From the NCBI GenBank assembly GCA_965221655.1, contig OZ244906.1, forward strand, positions 18,324 to 82,323: 64,000 nucleotides of DNA, in the 5' to 3' direction. The stretch's first letter is position 1, and each line of letters starts with the position of its first letter. The position numbers and the translations under genes were made by a program. The notes under the pieces were generated by a model. That model saw nothing but the letters and a program-made list of their open reading frames with translations, had not been told where the DNA came from and ran no database searches. This stretch comes from a bacterium. GTDB taxonomy: Bacteria; UBA8248. Shown here one piece after another: positions 47,993 through 58,130 of the stretch.

Positions 47993-48769
47993 ATGGATAC
48001 GACGCGTCGACGCAACGTCGCGGCCTTCACGCGCCTCGCCGCCGGCTACGGCGGATACTTCAGCGACGAGGAGCAAGACCGCCTCTCCGCCATGGCGGCG
48101 CGCATCGGCTTCGGCCCCGGCAAGTGGATCGTCGACTTCGGCATGGGCACGGCCACCTCGGCGCGGCCCTTTCTGGTGGCGGGGGGCTGTGCCCTGGGTC
48201 TGGAACTCACCCCCGCCATGGTGCGCAGCGGAATGAAGCGGCTGCGTGAATGGGACCTTGCGGCGAACGCACGCTACGTCTTGGCCGACGTGGCCGCACC
48301 GCCCCTGGCAGAGGGTGCCGCCGACGCCGCCGTCTGCCGCCACACGTTCCACCATCTGGAGAAACCCGCGCACGTGTTTCGCCAAATGGTGCGCGCGGTG
48401 CGCCCGGGCGGCCACATCTTCCTCATCGACTACCACTACCCCGACGAGGAGCGCGAGCGCGCGAAGATCGACGCTCTCGACCGCGTGCGCGAGCCCACCA
48501 TCACGCGCCACCTTTCCCGCAAAGAAATGGAGGGGTATTTTCACGACGCGGGCGTGCGCATCGAAGAGGTCGCCGTGGACAGGCTCCCCTTGCGCTTTGA
48601 GGACTGGATGGACGCCGCCAAGGCCTCGCCCGAGGTGTTCCCGGGTCTCAGGCGCGCTTTCGAGGCGCTGCGCGACGCGGGCGGAAGCTGGTACGAGGAG
48701 CACGGGGAGGGGGCGGATTTTTCGGTCGTCAGAAAACGAATCACCATCCTGGGACGAAAAGCGGGCTGA
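47993..48769 (+). CDS. Class I SAM-dependent methyltransferase
   Basis: VDFGMGT, LELTPAM, FHH and VRPGG. Confidence 0.85.
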   Translation: MDTTRRRNVAAFTRLAAGYGGYFSDEEQDRLSAMAARIGFGPGKWIVDFGMGTATSARPFLVAGGCALGLELTPAMVRSGMKRLREWDLAANARYVLADVAAPPLAEGAADAAVCRHTFHHLEKPAHVFRQMVRAVRPGGHIFLIDYHYPDEERERAKIDALDRVREPTITRHLSRKEMEGYFHDAGVRIEEVAVDRLPLRFEDWMDAAKASPEVFPGLRRAFEALRDAGGSWYEEHGEGADFSVVRKRITILGRKAG

Positions 48770-48778
48770 CGCTCCGCC

Positions 48779-50470
48779 CTACAACTCCCTCGGCGCACCG
48801 CCCAGGGGTGCGTTCTCGATGAGGGCGTCGATGAGAAAGGGCGCGTCCTCGCGCTGCGCGTTCTCGGCCAGACGCGCTTCCAACTCTTCGGACGTATGGA
48901 CGCGGACGGCCTCCACCCCCATGGATGCGGCCATCTTGACGAAGTCGAGCGCGGGTTCGGTGAGGTCCATCCCGACGAAGCGGTGAAACTCCTTCGCCTT
49001 GCCGTCGAGTGCGAGCACGCGCTCTTTCAGGATGCGGTACGCGCCGTTGTTCGCGATGACGAAGACGACGCCTACGCCGTATTTCGCCGCCGTCCACAGC
49101 GTCTGGTTCGAATACATGGCCGAGCCGTCGCCCGAGAGGCAGACGACGGGGCGCTCGGGCGTCGCCATCTTCGCCCCCAGGGCCATCGGCAGGCCGTTGC
49201 CGATGCCGCCGCCTTTTCTGCCAAAAATCTCCGCGGCCCCGGCGCCCACCGCACGGCGAAAGTTCGGCCCGGCGGAGGTGAGGGCCTCATCCACCCAGAC
49301 GGTGCCCGGCGGAGCGCCCGCGCCCAGAGCGCGGTGCAGACCCGCGAGCGTCATGCCGCCTGCGACATTCGCCTCCTCCGCAGGTGCGTTCGCCGCGCGG
49401 GCGGCTCGGTTTTCCTCGGCGATCTGCTGCGCGCGCGATTGCGCCTGCGCCGCCTCTGTCTCGCTCTGCGCGTTCGCCGTCGCCTCGAGGAGGGCAAGCA
49501 GCGTCGTCTTCGGGTCGCCGTAGAGAGAGACGTCCAGCCCGAAGTTCTTGCCCATCTCCCAGGCGTTTAAGTCCAGATGCACCACCGCACAGCCCTCGGG
49601 CAGGGGGCGCACGTCGGCGGGGTAGGAGAACGAGAATGCCTCCGTGCCGATGAGAAACACCACGTCCGCGTCCGCGAGGCGCTCCCGCAGGGGTGCGGCC
49701 AGAATGGGGAGTTTCCCGCAGTAGAGGGAATGGCCCAGGGGGTAGGCGATCATGTTGGCGAAGTTCTCCTCATACGCCCTGGCGCCGATGCGCTCGGCCA
49801 GCCGCGCCGCCTCCGCGTGCGCTCCCGAGCGGGCGACGCCCGCGCCTGCGATGATGGCTGGGCGCTGCGCGCGCGCCATGAGTTCTGCGGCGGCGGCGAG
49901 AGAATCCCCTGAGGCGCAAAACCGCGTCTGGATGCGCGTGGGCTTTTCGCTCATGGGGGGAGCCGGGGCGCGCATCACGTCGCCGGGAAGGGAGAGGAAT
50001 ACCGGCCCCGTCGGCGGGGTGAGGGAGACCTTCACGGCGCGCCGCACGGCTTGTTCCAAATCCTCGGCGCGGCGCACCTCGTAGGCCCACTTGGTGAGAG
50101 GCTCAGCCATGCGCGCCAGGTCGTCGTAGAGGATGATTTCGTGAAAATGTCCGCTCTGGGGCTGGTTGCCCGCCGTAACCAGCATGGGAGCACCCGAGCG
50201 CTTCGCGTTGTAGAGCAGGCCCATCGCGTTGCCCAGTCCGGGTGCAACGTGCAGGTTCACCGCGGCGGGCCTGCCCGTGCTCAGCCCGTAGCCCTCCGCC
50301 GCGGCAATCGCCACGCCCTCGTGGAGGGTGAGGACGAAGGCGAGGCGCTCTTCGTTCACCAGCGCGTCCATCAGGGGCAGCTCGGTCGTGCCCGGGTTGC
50401 CGAACAGGTGGGTTACGCCCTCGTCCAGCAGGGTTTCGAGGAACAGGCTTGCGCCGTCGGTGGTTCTCAT
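48779..50470 (-). CDS. ThDP-dependent enzyme (benzoylformate decarboxylase-like)
   Basis: FGNPGTTELP, NLHVAPGLGN and GDGSAMY...NNGAY. Confidence 0.9.
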   Translation of the reverse strand: MRTTDGASLFLETLLDEGVTHLFGNPGTTELPLMDALVNEERLAFVLTLHEGVAIAAAEGYGLSTGRPAAVNLHVAPGLGNAMGLLYNAKRSGAPMLVTAGNQPQSGHFHEIILYDDLARMAEPLTKWAYEVRRAEDLEQAVRRAVKVSLTPPTGPVFLSLPGDVMRAPAPPMSEKPTRIQTRFCASGDSLAAAAELMARAQRPAIIAGAGVARSGAHAEAARLAERIGARAYEENFANMIAYPLGHSLYCGKLPILAAPLRERLADADVVFLIGTEAFSFSYPADVRPLPEGCAVVHLDLNAWEMGKNFGLDVSLYGDPKTTLLALLEATANAQSETEAAQAQSRAQQIAEENRAARAANAPAEEANVAGGMTLAGLHRALGAGAPPGTVWVDEALTSAGPNFRRAVGAGAAEIFGRKGGGIGNGLPMALGAKMATPERPVVCLSGDGSAMYSNQTLWTAAKYGVGVVFVIANNGAYRILKERVLALDGKAKEFHRFVGMDLTEPALDFVKMAASMGVEAVRVHTSEELEARLAENAQREDAPFLIDALIENAPLGGAPREL

Positions 50471-50488
50471 GCGTGAGGCCTCTCGTGA

Positions 50489-51274
50489 TCAGGTAAAGTG
50501 GATGCCGCCGTTCAAAAGGAGTGTCTGGCCCGTTGTGTAGCCGTTTCGAATCATCATCATGACGGCGTCGACCACCTCCTCGACCGTGCCGAAGCGCTCC
50601 ATCGGCGTGTGCGGGGTGGAGACGCCCATGTCGCGCGTCACCATGTCGGTTTCGACGACGGCGGGCGCGACGGAGTTGACGGTAACGCCCTCTTTCACGA
50701 GCGCCGCGGCGTAGCCGTGCGCGAGCCCGTGCATTCCCGCCTTCGAAGCCGCGTAGTGCGGCCCCACGCGCCCGCCGGTGAAGGCGGCGTTCGACGACAC
50801 GTTCACGATGCGCCCCCACCGCGCGCTGCGCATGTCGGGCAAGACGGCCTGGATGAGCAGGAACGCGGAGGTGAGGTTCACGCGCAGCGTCTCGTTCCAG
50901 TCCTCCTCGGTGAGGGCGTCGAGGGGTTTCATGATGGCGACGCCCGCGTTGTTGACGAGAATCGAGACGGGGCCGAGGCGCGCGCGCGTCTCCTCCACCA
51001 GGCGGCGCACCTCGTCTCCGCGCGAGACGTCGGCCTGAGCGGCGAAGGCTTGTCCGCCGGCCTCCTCTATCCGGCGGCAGGTTTCGGCCGCCTCCTGCGC
51101 GCGTTCTTTGTAGTTCACCGCGACGCGGCAGCCCGCGCGGCCGAGAGCCAGTGCGCATCCGCGCCCGATGCCCCGGCTCGCGCCCGTTACGATGGCGACT
51201 TTCCCCTTAAGAGACGTGTCTTCAGCCAACGCGAAGCTCCCCGCTCGTTGCTGTGTCCATGATGTTCCGCGCAT
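50489..51274 (-). CDS. Short-chain dehydrogenase/reductase (FabG-like)
   Basis: TGASRGIG, NNAG and YAASK; start uncertain. Confidence 0.9.
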   Translation of the reverse strand: MRGTSWTQQRAGSFALAEDTSLKGKVAIVTGASRGIGRGCALALGRAGCRVAVNYKERAQEAAETCRRIEEAGGQAFAAQADVSRGDEVRRLVEETRARLGPVSILVNNAGVAIMKPLDALTEEDWNETLRVNLTSAFLLIQAVLPDMRSARWGRIVNVSSNAAFTGGRVGPHYAASKAGMHGLAHGYAAALVKEGVTVNSVAPAVVETDMVTRDMGVSTPHTPMERFGTVEEVVDAVMMMIRNGYTTGQTLLLNGGIHFT

Positions 51275-51341
51275 GGTATTACGTCCCGCTCCGTCTTGGT
51301 ATGCGCGCGGCGGCGCATCGGCGTCTCCTGCGCGGACGCCT

Positions 51342-52223
51342 CTACTTCCCCCAGACGACGGCCCACGCCCCCAGCACGGAGCAGGCTCCGCCTGCCGCCA
51401 CCTGCATGCTGACGCGTTCCTGTTTTCGAAAAAACGCCCACGAAAAAAGAATGACGAGCAGAATCGAGAGCCTGTTGATGGGAACGACCTGGACGACCTC
51501 GCCGTTTTTGATCGACACCCAGAAGCAAAAGGCGGCGAGGAAGTTGCACGCCGCTCCCAGGATGGTGATGAACAATGCGCGCGTGGTGAAGCCGCCGCTC
51601 CCGCCCCTGGGCTGGGCCGGGAAGAGGAAGAAGCTCGCGAACAGTATCGCCAGCGTCGTCAGGTTCGAGATTCCCATCGCCAGCGGCACCGAGGGGATGT
51701 GGACGAAGCCGTACTTGCGCACCACGTGAGAGACGCTCGCAAACGCGGCGCCCACCACGGGAATCAGGTAGTAGGCGAGGGGAATGCGCCTCTCCAGGGC
51801 CTTGCGGTCGTAGAGAAGGAGCGCGCCGCCGCCCATGATGCCCAGAGTCCCGAGCGCGACCATGGGGGTGAGCTGCTCGCCGAGCAGGACGACGGCCAGC
51901 CCCGAAGACCAGACGAGTCCCGTCTGCGAGAGGATGGGCGTGCGCGCGAGCCCCACGAGCTTGATGGAGATCATGCTCATGTAGCGCCCGCCGATTCCGC
52001 CCACCGCGCCCACGAGCATGAACCACAACACCCCGTAGAGCGGCCAGTGCGCGACGCCCGCGCCCGCCGCGTAGAGCCCAAAGGCGAAGGCGGTGGTGAT
52101 GATGGTTGCGGTCATCGTCGTGGCGAGGGGGCTCATGCGCGTGAGGGCGCCCCGGTAGAGAGTTCTGGCGACGGCGATGAACAGCGCCGAGAACAGCGCC
52201 ACCAGGTTGGGATGGAGGGTCAA
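51342..52223 (-). CDS. DMT/EamA family transporter
   Basis: Two hydrophobic repeats; LLGEQL and FFRKQERV. Confidence 0.8.
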   Translation of the reverse strand: MTLHPNLVALFSALFIAVARTLYRGALTRMSPLATTMTATIITTAFAFGLYAAGAGVAHWPLYGVLWFMLVGAVGGIGGRYMSMISIKLVGLARTPILSQTGLVWSSGLAVVLLGEQLTPMVALGTLGIMGGGALLLYDRKALERRIPLAYYLIPVVGAAFASVSHVVRKYGFVHIPSVPLAMGISNLTTLAILFASFFLFPAQPRGGSGGFTTRALFITILGAACNFLAAFCFWVSIKNGEVVQVVPINRLSILLVILFSWAFFRKQERVSMQVAAGGACSVLGAWAVVWGK

Positions 52224-52232
52224 GCGGAGCGC

Positions 52233-52973
52233 TTATCCCGGGATTGCGCTCGTTTGCGCCGCCCCGTTTTTCGTTCGCTGGCTCTCGCCGGAGACTGCCC
52301 CGAGCGGGGAGGAAGCACCCGGGCGCGCCCCCCGCAGCGTCTGCCTGAGGGCGCGCACAGCGCTGTCCGGGCTCGTGAGTACCTCACAAGCCGTGCGGCT
52401 CGCCGCCTGCTCGCGCGCCCGCGCCATGGAGAACTGGGCGAGGAGCACCGCGTCAGTGTCGCAGTGCGCCGCCGCCCGGGCGATGAGGGCGTCGTGGGTG
52501 TCCGCTTGGCCCTCAAGCAGAGCGTCGAGTGCGCCTTCGACGAAAGAGGTCTCTACCTTCACGTCCACGCCGCGCCGCGCGGCCAGGCCTTCAAGCTCAG
52601 CCCGCACCGAGGGCAGCGAGGGGCGAAACGTCGCCAGCAGGTGGAGGCGCTTGCCGAGCGTCAGAGCCTCTTCGAGCATCGCCTCGTTGGGCTTGAGAAC
52701 GGGGAGGGGAAGCCGCGCCCGCGCTTCTTCTATGGCGGCCCCGAACGCGGAGCAGGAGAACAAAACGCCCTCTGCCCCGCCCGCCTGCGCGAAAGCCGCG
52801 AGGCGCGCCACGCGCGCGCGAATGGCGGGCGTGAGGCTGCCTGCGCTCTCCAGCTCGCGCACGAGAGATTCGTCGAGAATCTGGATGGTTTCGGCTTCGG
52901 GCCAATGCCGCGCGAAGGCGGCCTCTATGGGTGCCACGGCCACGCGGGTCGCGTGGACGATGCAGACGGACAC
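52233..52973 (-). CDS. Asp/Glu/hydantoin racemase family protein
   Basis: FSCSAFG, KPNEAM, LAQFSMA and VLTSP. Confidence 0.75.
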   Translation of the reverse strand: MSVCIVHATRVAVAPIEAAFARHWPEAETIQILDESLVRELESAGSLTPAIRARVARLAAFAQAGGAEGVLFSCSAFGAAIEEARARLPLPVLKPNEAMLEEALTLGKRLHLLATFRPSLPSVRAELEGLAARRGVDVKVETSFVEGALDALLEGQADTHDALIARAAAHCDTDAVLLAQFSMARAREQAASRTACEVLTSPDSAVRALRQTLRGARPGASSPLGAVSGESQRTKNGAAQTSAIPG

Positions 52974-53264
52974 GGGCGAATCCTCTCTGGGTGGTGGAGC
53001 ATTATCCGCAAATGCAAAGGCGCGATTCTAGGCGAAAACGAAGACGCATGGCAAACGCGCGCGGGTTGTTCGGCACGCGGCGGGGCAGGGGGGAAAGCCC
53101 CCGTGTCTGCCTCGGGCAAGGGGAACATCGCCGCAACCAGGCCATCGATCCCGGCGAAGTCCGCACCGACGAGGCGCGGCTCGCCCCTGCGGGATTGCCC
53201 GGGCTCCGTCTTGCGGATGTGCGCTCTTTCTTTGGAAAGAGCACCCCGCTCCTGCGCGCCCCTT

Positions 53265-55046
53265 TTACCCCTCCTTCGGCGGGATGATGGGCAGCATGAC
53301 GTAGGAGGGGTGCGCGGAGCCGCAGTGGATCGTCACGTTCTTGCCGAAAATCTCTTCGGGCCTGTCCCTGGGGTCGTTGTGGAGGAAGGGCCCGCAGCCT
53401 CTGAACACGTTCTTCATGTTCGAGAGCTTGTGTGTCGTGGCGCAGCTGTATTCGTAGTCCTTGCCCCGCACGGTAAGGGCAAGGCGGTAGCCCGGCGGCA
53501 CCACGATGCAGGTGGGCCAGACCTCTATGTCGAGCTCGTAGACTTCGCCGGGCGTCAAGGGTTGTTTCTCGTCGTGTGCCTGGTAGGGCTTCCACTCCGT
53601 GGAGAGTTCGGGCACGAGCTTTCGGTGCGACGCGCGCAGCCACCCCTGGGCGATAGGCGTGTTCGGGTCGAGCGTGCCCTGGAAGGTGATTTCCTTCATG
53701 TCGGGCGTGAACAGACGCAGGACGAGAAACAGGTCGGCGTCCTCGGTTTCTGAGGACGCGAAGAGCTTGGAGGCAATCGGCCCGGTAATCTCCGTTTCGG
53801 CCGCAAAGGGCGGGAGCATGAAGGTGGCTCCATCCGAAAAGCCTCCGTAGGTAATGCTGCTTTCCCCTTCCGGCGGAGTGGTGCCGAGGCTCATGTGCTC
53901 GGGGTTCAGGTAAAACTTCGTCCACTGCGTGCGTGCGAGGGGCCACTCGTTCTCGCCGCGCTCCACGAACTTCTCGCCCACGTGGCGCACTTTCAGCATG
54001 ACGCGGGGCTTTTTCTCCCAGCCCGTGTCCTCGCCCTTGAGGTAATGGCCGAAAAACTGCTTCTGGAGCTTCTCGCCGTAGGGGGTATAAAACTCCGTCC
54101 AGTGCTCGAGGCCGTGGACTTCGAGCCATTTCTCCTCCGACGCCGCGCGCATGAAGCCCTCGTAGTTGCCTCTGGGGTGGAGACCCTGCCCGCCCCAGCT
54201 GGCTGCGGAGATGAACGGCGTCTTTATCTTCTCCCAGACGGCGGAGCGTGCGCGATGCCAGTCGTCGTCGAGGGGATGGGCGAACGTCTCCTCGCCGAAA
54301 TCAGAGCGGTTCTTCGCGAGTTCTTCTTCGCTCAGGGTCTCGGGGCCGCACACCAGCCCGCCGTGGACGCGGCTTTTGGGGCCGTTCTCTCCCAGGCCGT
54401 ACTGGACGGTCTTCACCTGCATGTCGTACCAGTTGGCGAGAAACGTCGTGAGAATGCCGCCCTGGTGGCTCATGTCGCGGTAGAAGTCCGCCGCGCCTTC
54501 CCAGATGCACATGGCCGTCAGGTGTTCGGGCTGCAGCCCCGCCACGTGCCACTGGTTGATGGCGTAGTAGGAGATGCCCGTGAGACCCACCTTTCCGTTG
54601 CACCACGGCTGCGTGCCCGCCCACTCGATGCAGGCGGCGAAGTCGTGCGCCTCGCGCAGGGAGAAATGCTCGATGTAGCCCGGCGAGCGGCCCGCCCCGC
54701 GCGAGTCCACGCGAACGCAGACGTAGCCGTCGGGCACCCATTTCTCGGGGTCGACGACCTCCCAGCTCTGGTGGATGTTCGAAGAACCCGCCACGGCGTC
54801 GGGGTGTGCCGCGGAGAACAGCTCCCACACCGTCTCGTAGCCGTCCTGCCAGGCGAGGTCCTTCGCGTAGGGGCCGTAGCTCAGGATGGCCGGGTGGCGT
54901 CCGCCGTCGTCGGGGCGGTAGACGTTCGCGCGCAGCACCAGGCCGTCGTCCACGGGAATGGGGACGTCCCACTCGATCAGAAAGCCATCGCGCTTCTCGG
55001 TGCGGTATTGAGGGTCGGTGGCAAGGTCGATGTCGCTCATCTTCAC
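53265..55046 (-). CDS. CocE/NonD (S15) family hydrolase
   Basis: DSRGAGRSPG, GISYY nucleophile elbow, EITGP and GWLRASHR. Confidence 0.92.
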   Translation of the reverse strand: MKMSDIDLATDPQYRTEKRDGFLIEWDVPIPVDDGLVLRANVYRPDDGGRHPAILSYGPYAKDLAWQDGYETVWELFSAAHPDAVAGSSNIHQSWEVVDPEKWVPDGYVCVRVDSRGAGRSPGYIEHFSLREAHDFAACIEWAGTQPWCNGKVGLTGISYYAINQWHVAGLQPEHLTAMCIWEGAADFYRDMSHQGGILTTFLANWYDMQVKTVQYGLGENGPKSRVHGGLVCGPETLSEEELAKNRSDFGEETFAHPLDDDWHRARSAVWEKIKTPFISAASWGGQGLHPRGNYEGFMRAASEEKWLEVHGLEHWTEFYTPYGEKLQKQFFGHYLKGEDTGWEKKPRVMLKVRHVGEKFVERGENEWPLARTQWTKFYLNPEHMSLGTTPPEGESSITYGGFSDGATFMLPPFAAETEITGPIASKLFASSETEDADLFLVLRLFTPDMKEITFQGTLDPNTPIAQGWLRASHRKLVPELSTEWKPYQAHDEKQPLTPGEVYELDIEVWPTCIVVPPGYRLALTVRGKDYEYSCATTHKLSNMKNVFRGCGPFLHNDPRDRPEEIFGKNVTIHCGSAHPSYVMLPIIPPKEG

Positions 55047-55085
55047 CTCGTTCGTCTCAGGGAAACGAAGCGGCCGATGCGCCGC

Positions 55086-56840
55086 TTATTTTTCGGGAAT
55101 CACGGGCAGCATCACCCAGGACTCGTGCTCCCCGCCGCAGTGGAGCGTGACGTTCTTGCCAAAGACCTCGGCGGGCCTGTCCTTCGGGTCGTTGTGAATG
55201 AAGCAGCCGCAGCCCGTGAACTCGTTCTTCATGTTCGAGAGGCCCGCCCCCGAGATGTCGGCGGGGTACTCGTAGTCCTTCCCCCGCACGGTGAAGGCGA
55301 TGCGGTGGCCCGGCGGCACGACGATGCAGGTGGGCCATATCTCGACGTCGACCTCGTAGACGGCACCCGGCGTGAGGGGCTGCTGCTCGTCGTGTGTGTG
55401 GTAGGGCCGGTAGGGGAGCGTCTTCTCGGGGTCGAGCTTTCTGTGCGACGCCCGCAGCCAACCCTGTGCGATCGGGGTATGGGGGTCGAGTGCGCCCTGA
55501 AAGACGACCTCCTCCATGTTCGGCGTGAACACGCGCACCACGAGAAACAAGTCGGCGTCCTCGGTCTCTGAGGAGACGAAGAGCTTCGCCGCCATGGGGC
55601 CGGTAATCTCGGTTTCGGTATCGAGCGGCGGGGTGAGGAAGGTCACGCCCTCGCTGAAGCCCGCGTAGGTGAGGGACCCGCCTTCGGCCACGGGTGCGGC
55701 CTCGAGGGTCTGGCCCTTTGCGTTCAGGTAGTACTTTGTCCACTGCGTGCGCGCGAGGGGCCACTCGTTCTCCGCGCGCTCCACGAACCGCTCGCCGGGG
55801 TGGCGCACCTGGAGCAGCACCCGGGGCTGCTCGGGCCAGCCCGTGTCCTCGCCCTTGAGGTAATGCCCAAAAAATTTCTTCTGCATGTTGACGCCGTAGT
55901 CGGTATAAAATTCCGTCCAGTGCTCGATGCCGTGGACTTCGAGCCATTTTTCTTCGCACGCCGTGCCGAGGAAGCCCTCGAAGTTGCCCCGGGGGTGGAG
56001 ACCCTGTCCGCCCCAGTTGGCCGAGGAGAGCAGGGGCACCTCAATCTTCTGGAAGTCCGGCATCCGCGACTCCCAGTAATCAGCCGTGGCGAGCTTGTGG
56101 GAGAAGCAGTCCTCGCCGAAGTCGTTTCGGTTCGCGCCGAGTTCCTCCTCGGTGAGGGTGGGCGGCCCCGACACCCAGTCGCCCGTGAAGCGGCTCTTGA
56201 AGCCGCGCGTGCCGCGTCCGTGCTGGACGCTGTAGACCTGCATCTCGGGCCAGTTGCGCGCGAACCCGTTGCAGAAGATGCCGCCGTGGTGGGCCATCTC
56301 GCGGTAGAAGTCCGCCGCTCCCTCCCAGACGCACATGGCGGTGAGGTGCGGGGGGTGGAGGCCGGCCACCTGCCACTGGTTCATGCCGTAGTAGGAGATG
56401 CCGTTGAGGCCAATCTTGCCCGTGCTCCAGGGCTGGACGGCGGCCCACTCGATGCACTGGTAGAAGTCTTGCGCCTCGCGTGCCGACCAGATGTCGATGA
56501 CGCCCGGCGAGCGGCCCGCTCCGCGCGAGTCCACGCGAATGCAGACGTAGCCGTCCGGCACCCATTTCTCGGGGTCGACCACCTCCCAGTTCTGGTATTT
56601 GTTGGTCGAGCCGGCGGGCACGTCGGGGTGCTGCTCGGCCATGCGCGTCCAGCACGTCTCGTAGAGGTCCTCGAAGTGGAGGTATTTTCCGTAGGGCCCG
56701 TAGGTCATGATGACGGGGTATTTCCCCTCATCCTGGGGGCGATAGACGTCGCACCGCAGCACGACGCCGTCTTCCATGGGGATGGGCACGTCCCAGTCGA
56801 TGCGCATTCCGTCCCTGTCTTCGGTCTTGTAGTCGCTCAT
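55086..56840 (-). CDS. CocE/NonD (S15) family hydrolase, tandem paralog
   Basis: Same motifs (GISYYG); start at MSDYKTE. Confidence 0.92.
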   Translation of the reverse strand: MSDYKTEDRDGMRIDWDVPIPMEDGVVLRCDVYRPQDEGKYPVIMTYGPYGKYLHFEDLYETCWTRMAEQHPDVPAGSTNKYQNWEVVDPEKWVPDGYVCIRVDSRGAGRSPGVIDIWSAREAQDFYQCIEWAAVQPWSTGKIGLNGISYYGMNQWQVAGLHPPHLTAMCVWEGAADFYREMAHHGGIFCNGFARNWPEMQVYSVQHGRGTRGFKSRFTGDWVSGPPTLTEEELGANRNDFGEDCFSHKLATADYWESRMPDFQKIEVPLLSSANWGGQGLHPRGNFEGFLGTACEEKWLEVHGIEHWTEFYTDYGVNMQKKFFGHYLKGEDTGWPEQPRVLLQVRHPGERFVERAENEWPLARTQWTKYYLNAKGQTLEAAPVAEGGSLTYAGFSEGVTFLTPPLDTETEITGPMAAKLFVSSETEDADLFLVVRVFTPNMEEVVFQGALDPHTPIAQGWLRASHRKLDPEKTLPYRPYHTHDEQQPLTPGAVYEVDVEIWPTCIVVPPGHRIAFTVRGKDYEYPADISGAGLSNMKNEFTGCGCFIHNDPKDRPAEVFGKNVTLHCGGEHESWVMLPVIPEK

Positions 56841-57086
56841 TCGTTTTCCCTCGATAATGCTGAAATGGTTTCGGAGTTCGAGCGGCGCGCGCCGCCGCCG
56901 TGAAATACGCATGTTCGGTGAACGGGGCGATTATACCGGTTTCACGCCGCGCAATCCAGACAGGAAGCGTTTGTCTCCCGGCGCGCACTGGTTATCCGCA
57001 CGGGGAAAGCCGAGCCGACGAGAACGCCGCTGGTGCAGGCCGCGGCTCCTCTTTGCGAGGGTTTTCGGGAGGAGGGTGCCGCGCCC

Positions 57087-58118
57087 TCAGTCTGTGCGGT
57101 AGGGGCGGATTATCGCCTGGCTTGAGGTGTTCCACCCCGGTATGACGAGACACGACGGCCCCGGCACGCCGCCCGCGACGAGGAGGAGCACGTCCTCCGG
57201 CTCGTGCACCATGGGAACGGGGCAATCCTCGTCGTCGTGGTCTACCCAGTCGGGCCAGCGCGAGAGTGCGGGGCCGCGGTAGCGGCCGCCTTTTTTGAGC
57301 AGCCCCAGGGGCATGCGCGCCCGCTCGAAGAGCTCGCGCTTCACGTCCGCGCGGCCCAGCCCGCCCCGGGCGAGGATTTGTGCGTGCTCGGGGCCGACCA
57401 CGATCACCCAGTTCGTGCGCGTGTAGGCCGTCGTGCTGCCCATGGCGCACATGGTGCTCGCCAGGGTGGTGAGGACGCCCTCGGGTGCGGCGCTCACGTC
57501 GTCCATGGCCATGCGCGGCGCCTCGGCGTTGCAGACGGTGAGCACGTTCTCCCCCGCACCGAAGCCGAAGTCCGCAGGCAGCGGCTCCCAGGGGCTTTGC
57601 TCCTCGTTCTCGCGGACGCAGTAGGTGAACTTCGAAGGGCTGCCGAAGGTGCTCATGTCCGATACGCCCGGCAGGCCGCCGCCGGTGTTCATCATGACGA
57701 GGCGCAGCGCCCGTCCGATGGTGGCGTTCGCCCGAAAGCCGGGGCCGAAGCAGCCCGAGCCCGCGTGCACGCCGATGTCTTTTGCGTAGGGGCCGCTGAG
57801 AATCAGCAGGGGGCCGCCGGTGAACATGGTTCCCTGGATGCCCCCGAGGTTGAAGCGCTCGACGAGCATGGCCTCGAGTGCGCCCAGCACCACGGGCAGG
57901 TATGCGGGCTTGCACCCCGCCATCAGCGCGTGGACGGCCACGCTCTCCACGGTCGCTTCGTTGAGCGAGGGGGGGACAGACCCGAGAACCTCGGCGGGGT
58001 CGCGGCTCGTGCCGCCCAGCATCCGGGCGAGGCGCTCCGGCGTGGGCGTCACCACGGGCAGCCCGTCCGACCAGGGCATCTCGAAAAAGTATTCGAAAGG
58101 GTCGGTCGTCTCGTTCAT
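57087..58118 (-). CDS. Conserved hypothetical protein (WSDGLPVVTPT family)
   Basis: Paralog of 31456-32472. Confidence 0.8.
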   Translation of the reverse strand: MNETTDPFEYFFEMPWSDGLPVVTPTPERLARMLGGTSRDPAEVLGSVPPSLNEATVESVAVHALMAGCKPAYLPVVLGALEAMLVERFNLGGIQGTMFTGGPLLILSGPYAKDIGVHAGSGCFGPGFRANATIGRALRLVMMNTGGGLPGVSDMSTFGSPSKFTYCVRENEEQSPWEPLPADFGFGAGENVLTVCNAEAPRMAMDDVSAAPEGVLTTLASTMCAMGSTTAYTRTNWVIVVGPEHAQILARGGLGRADVKRELFERARMPLGLLKKGGRYRGPALSRWPDWVDHDDEDCPVPMVHEPEDVLLLVAGGVPGPSCLVIPGWNTSSQAIIRPYRTD

Positions 58119-58130
58119 ATCGTCGGTTGC

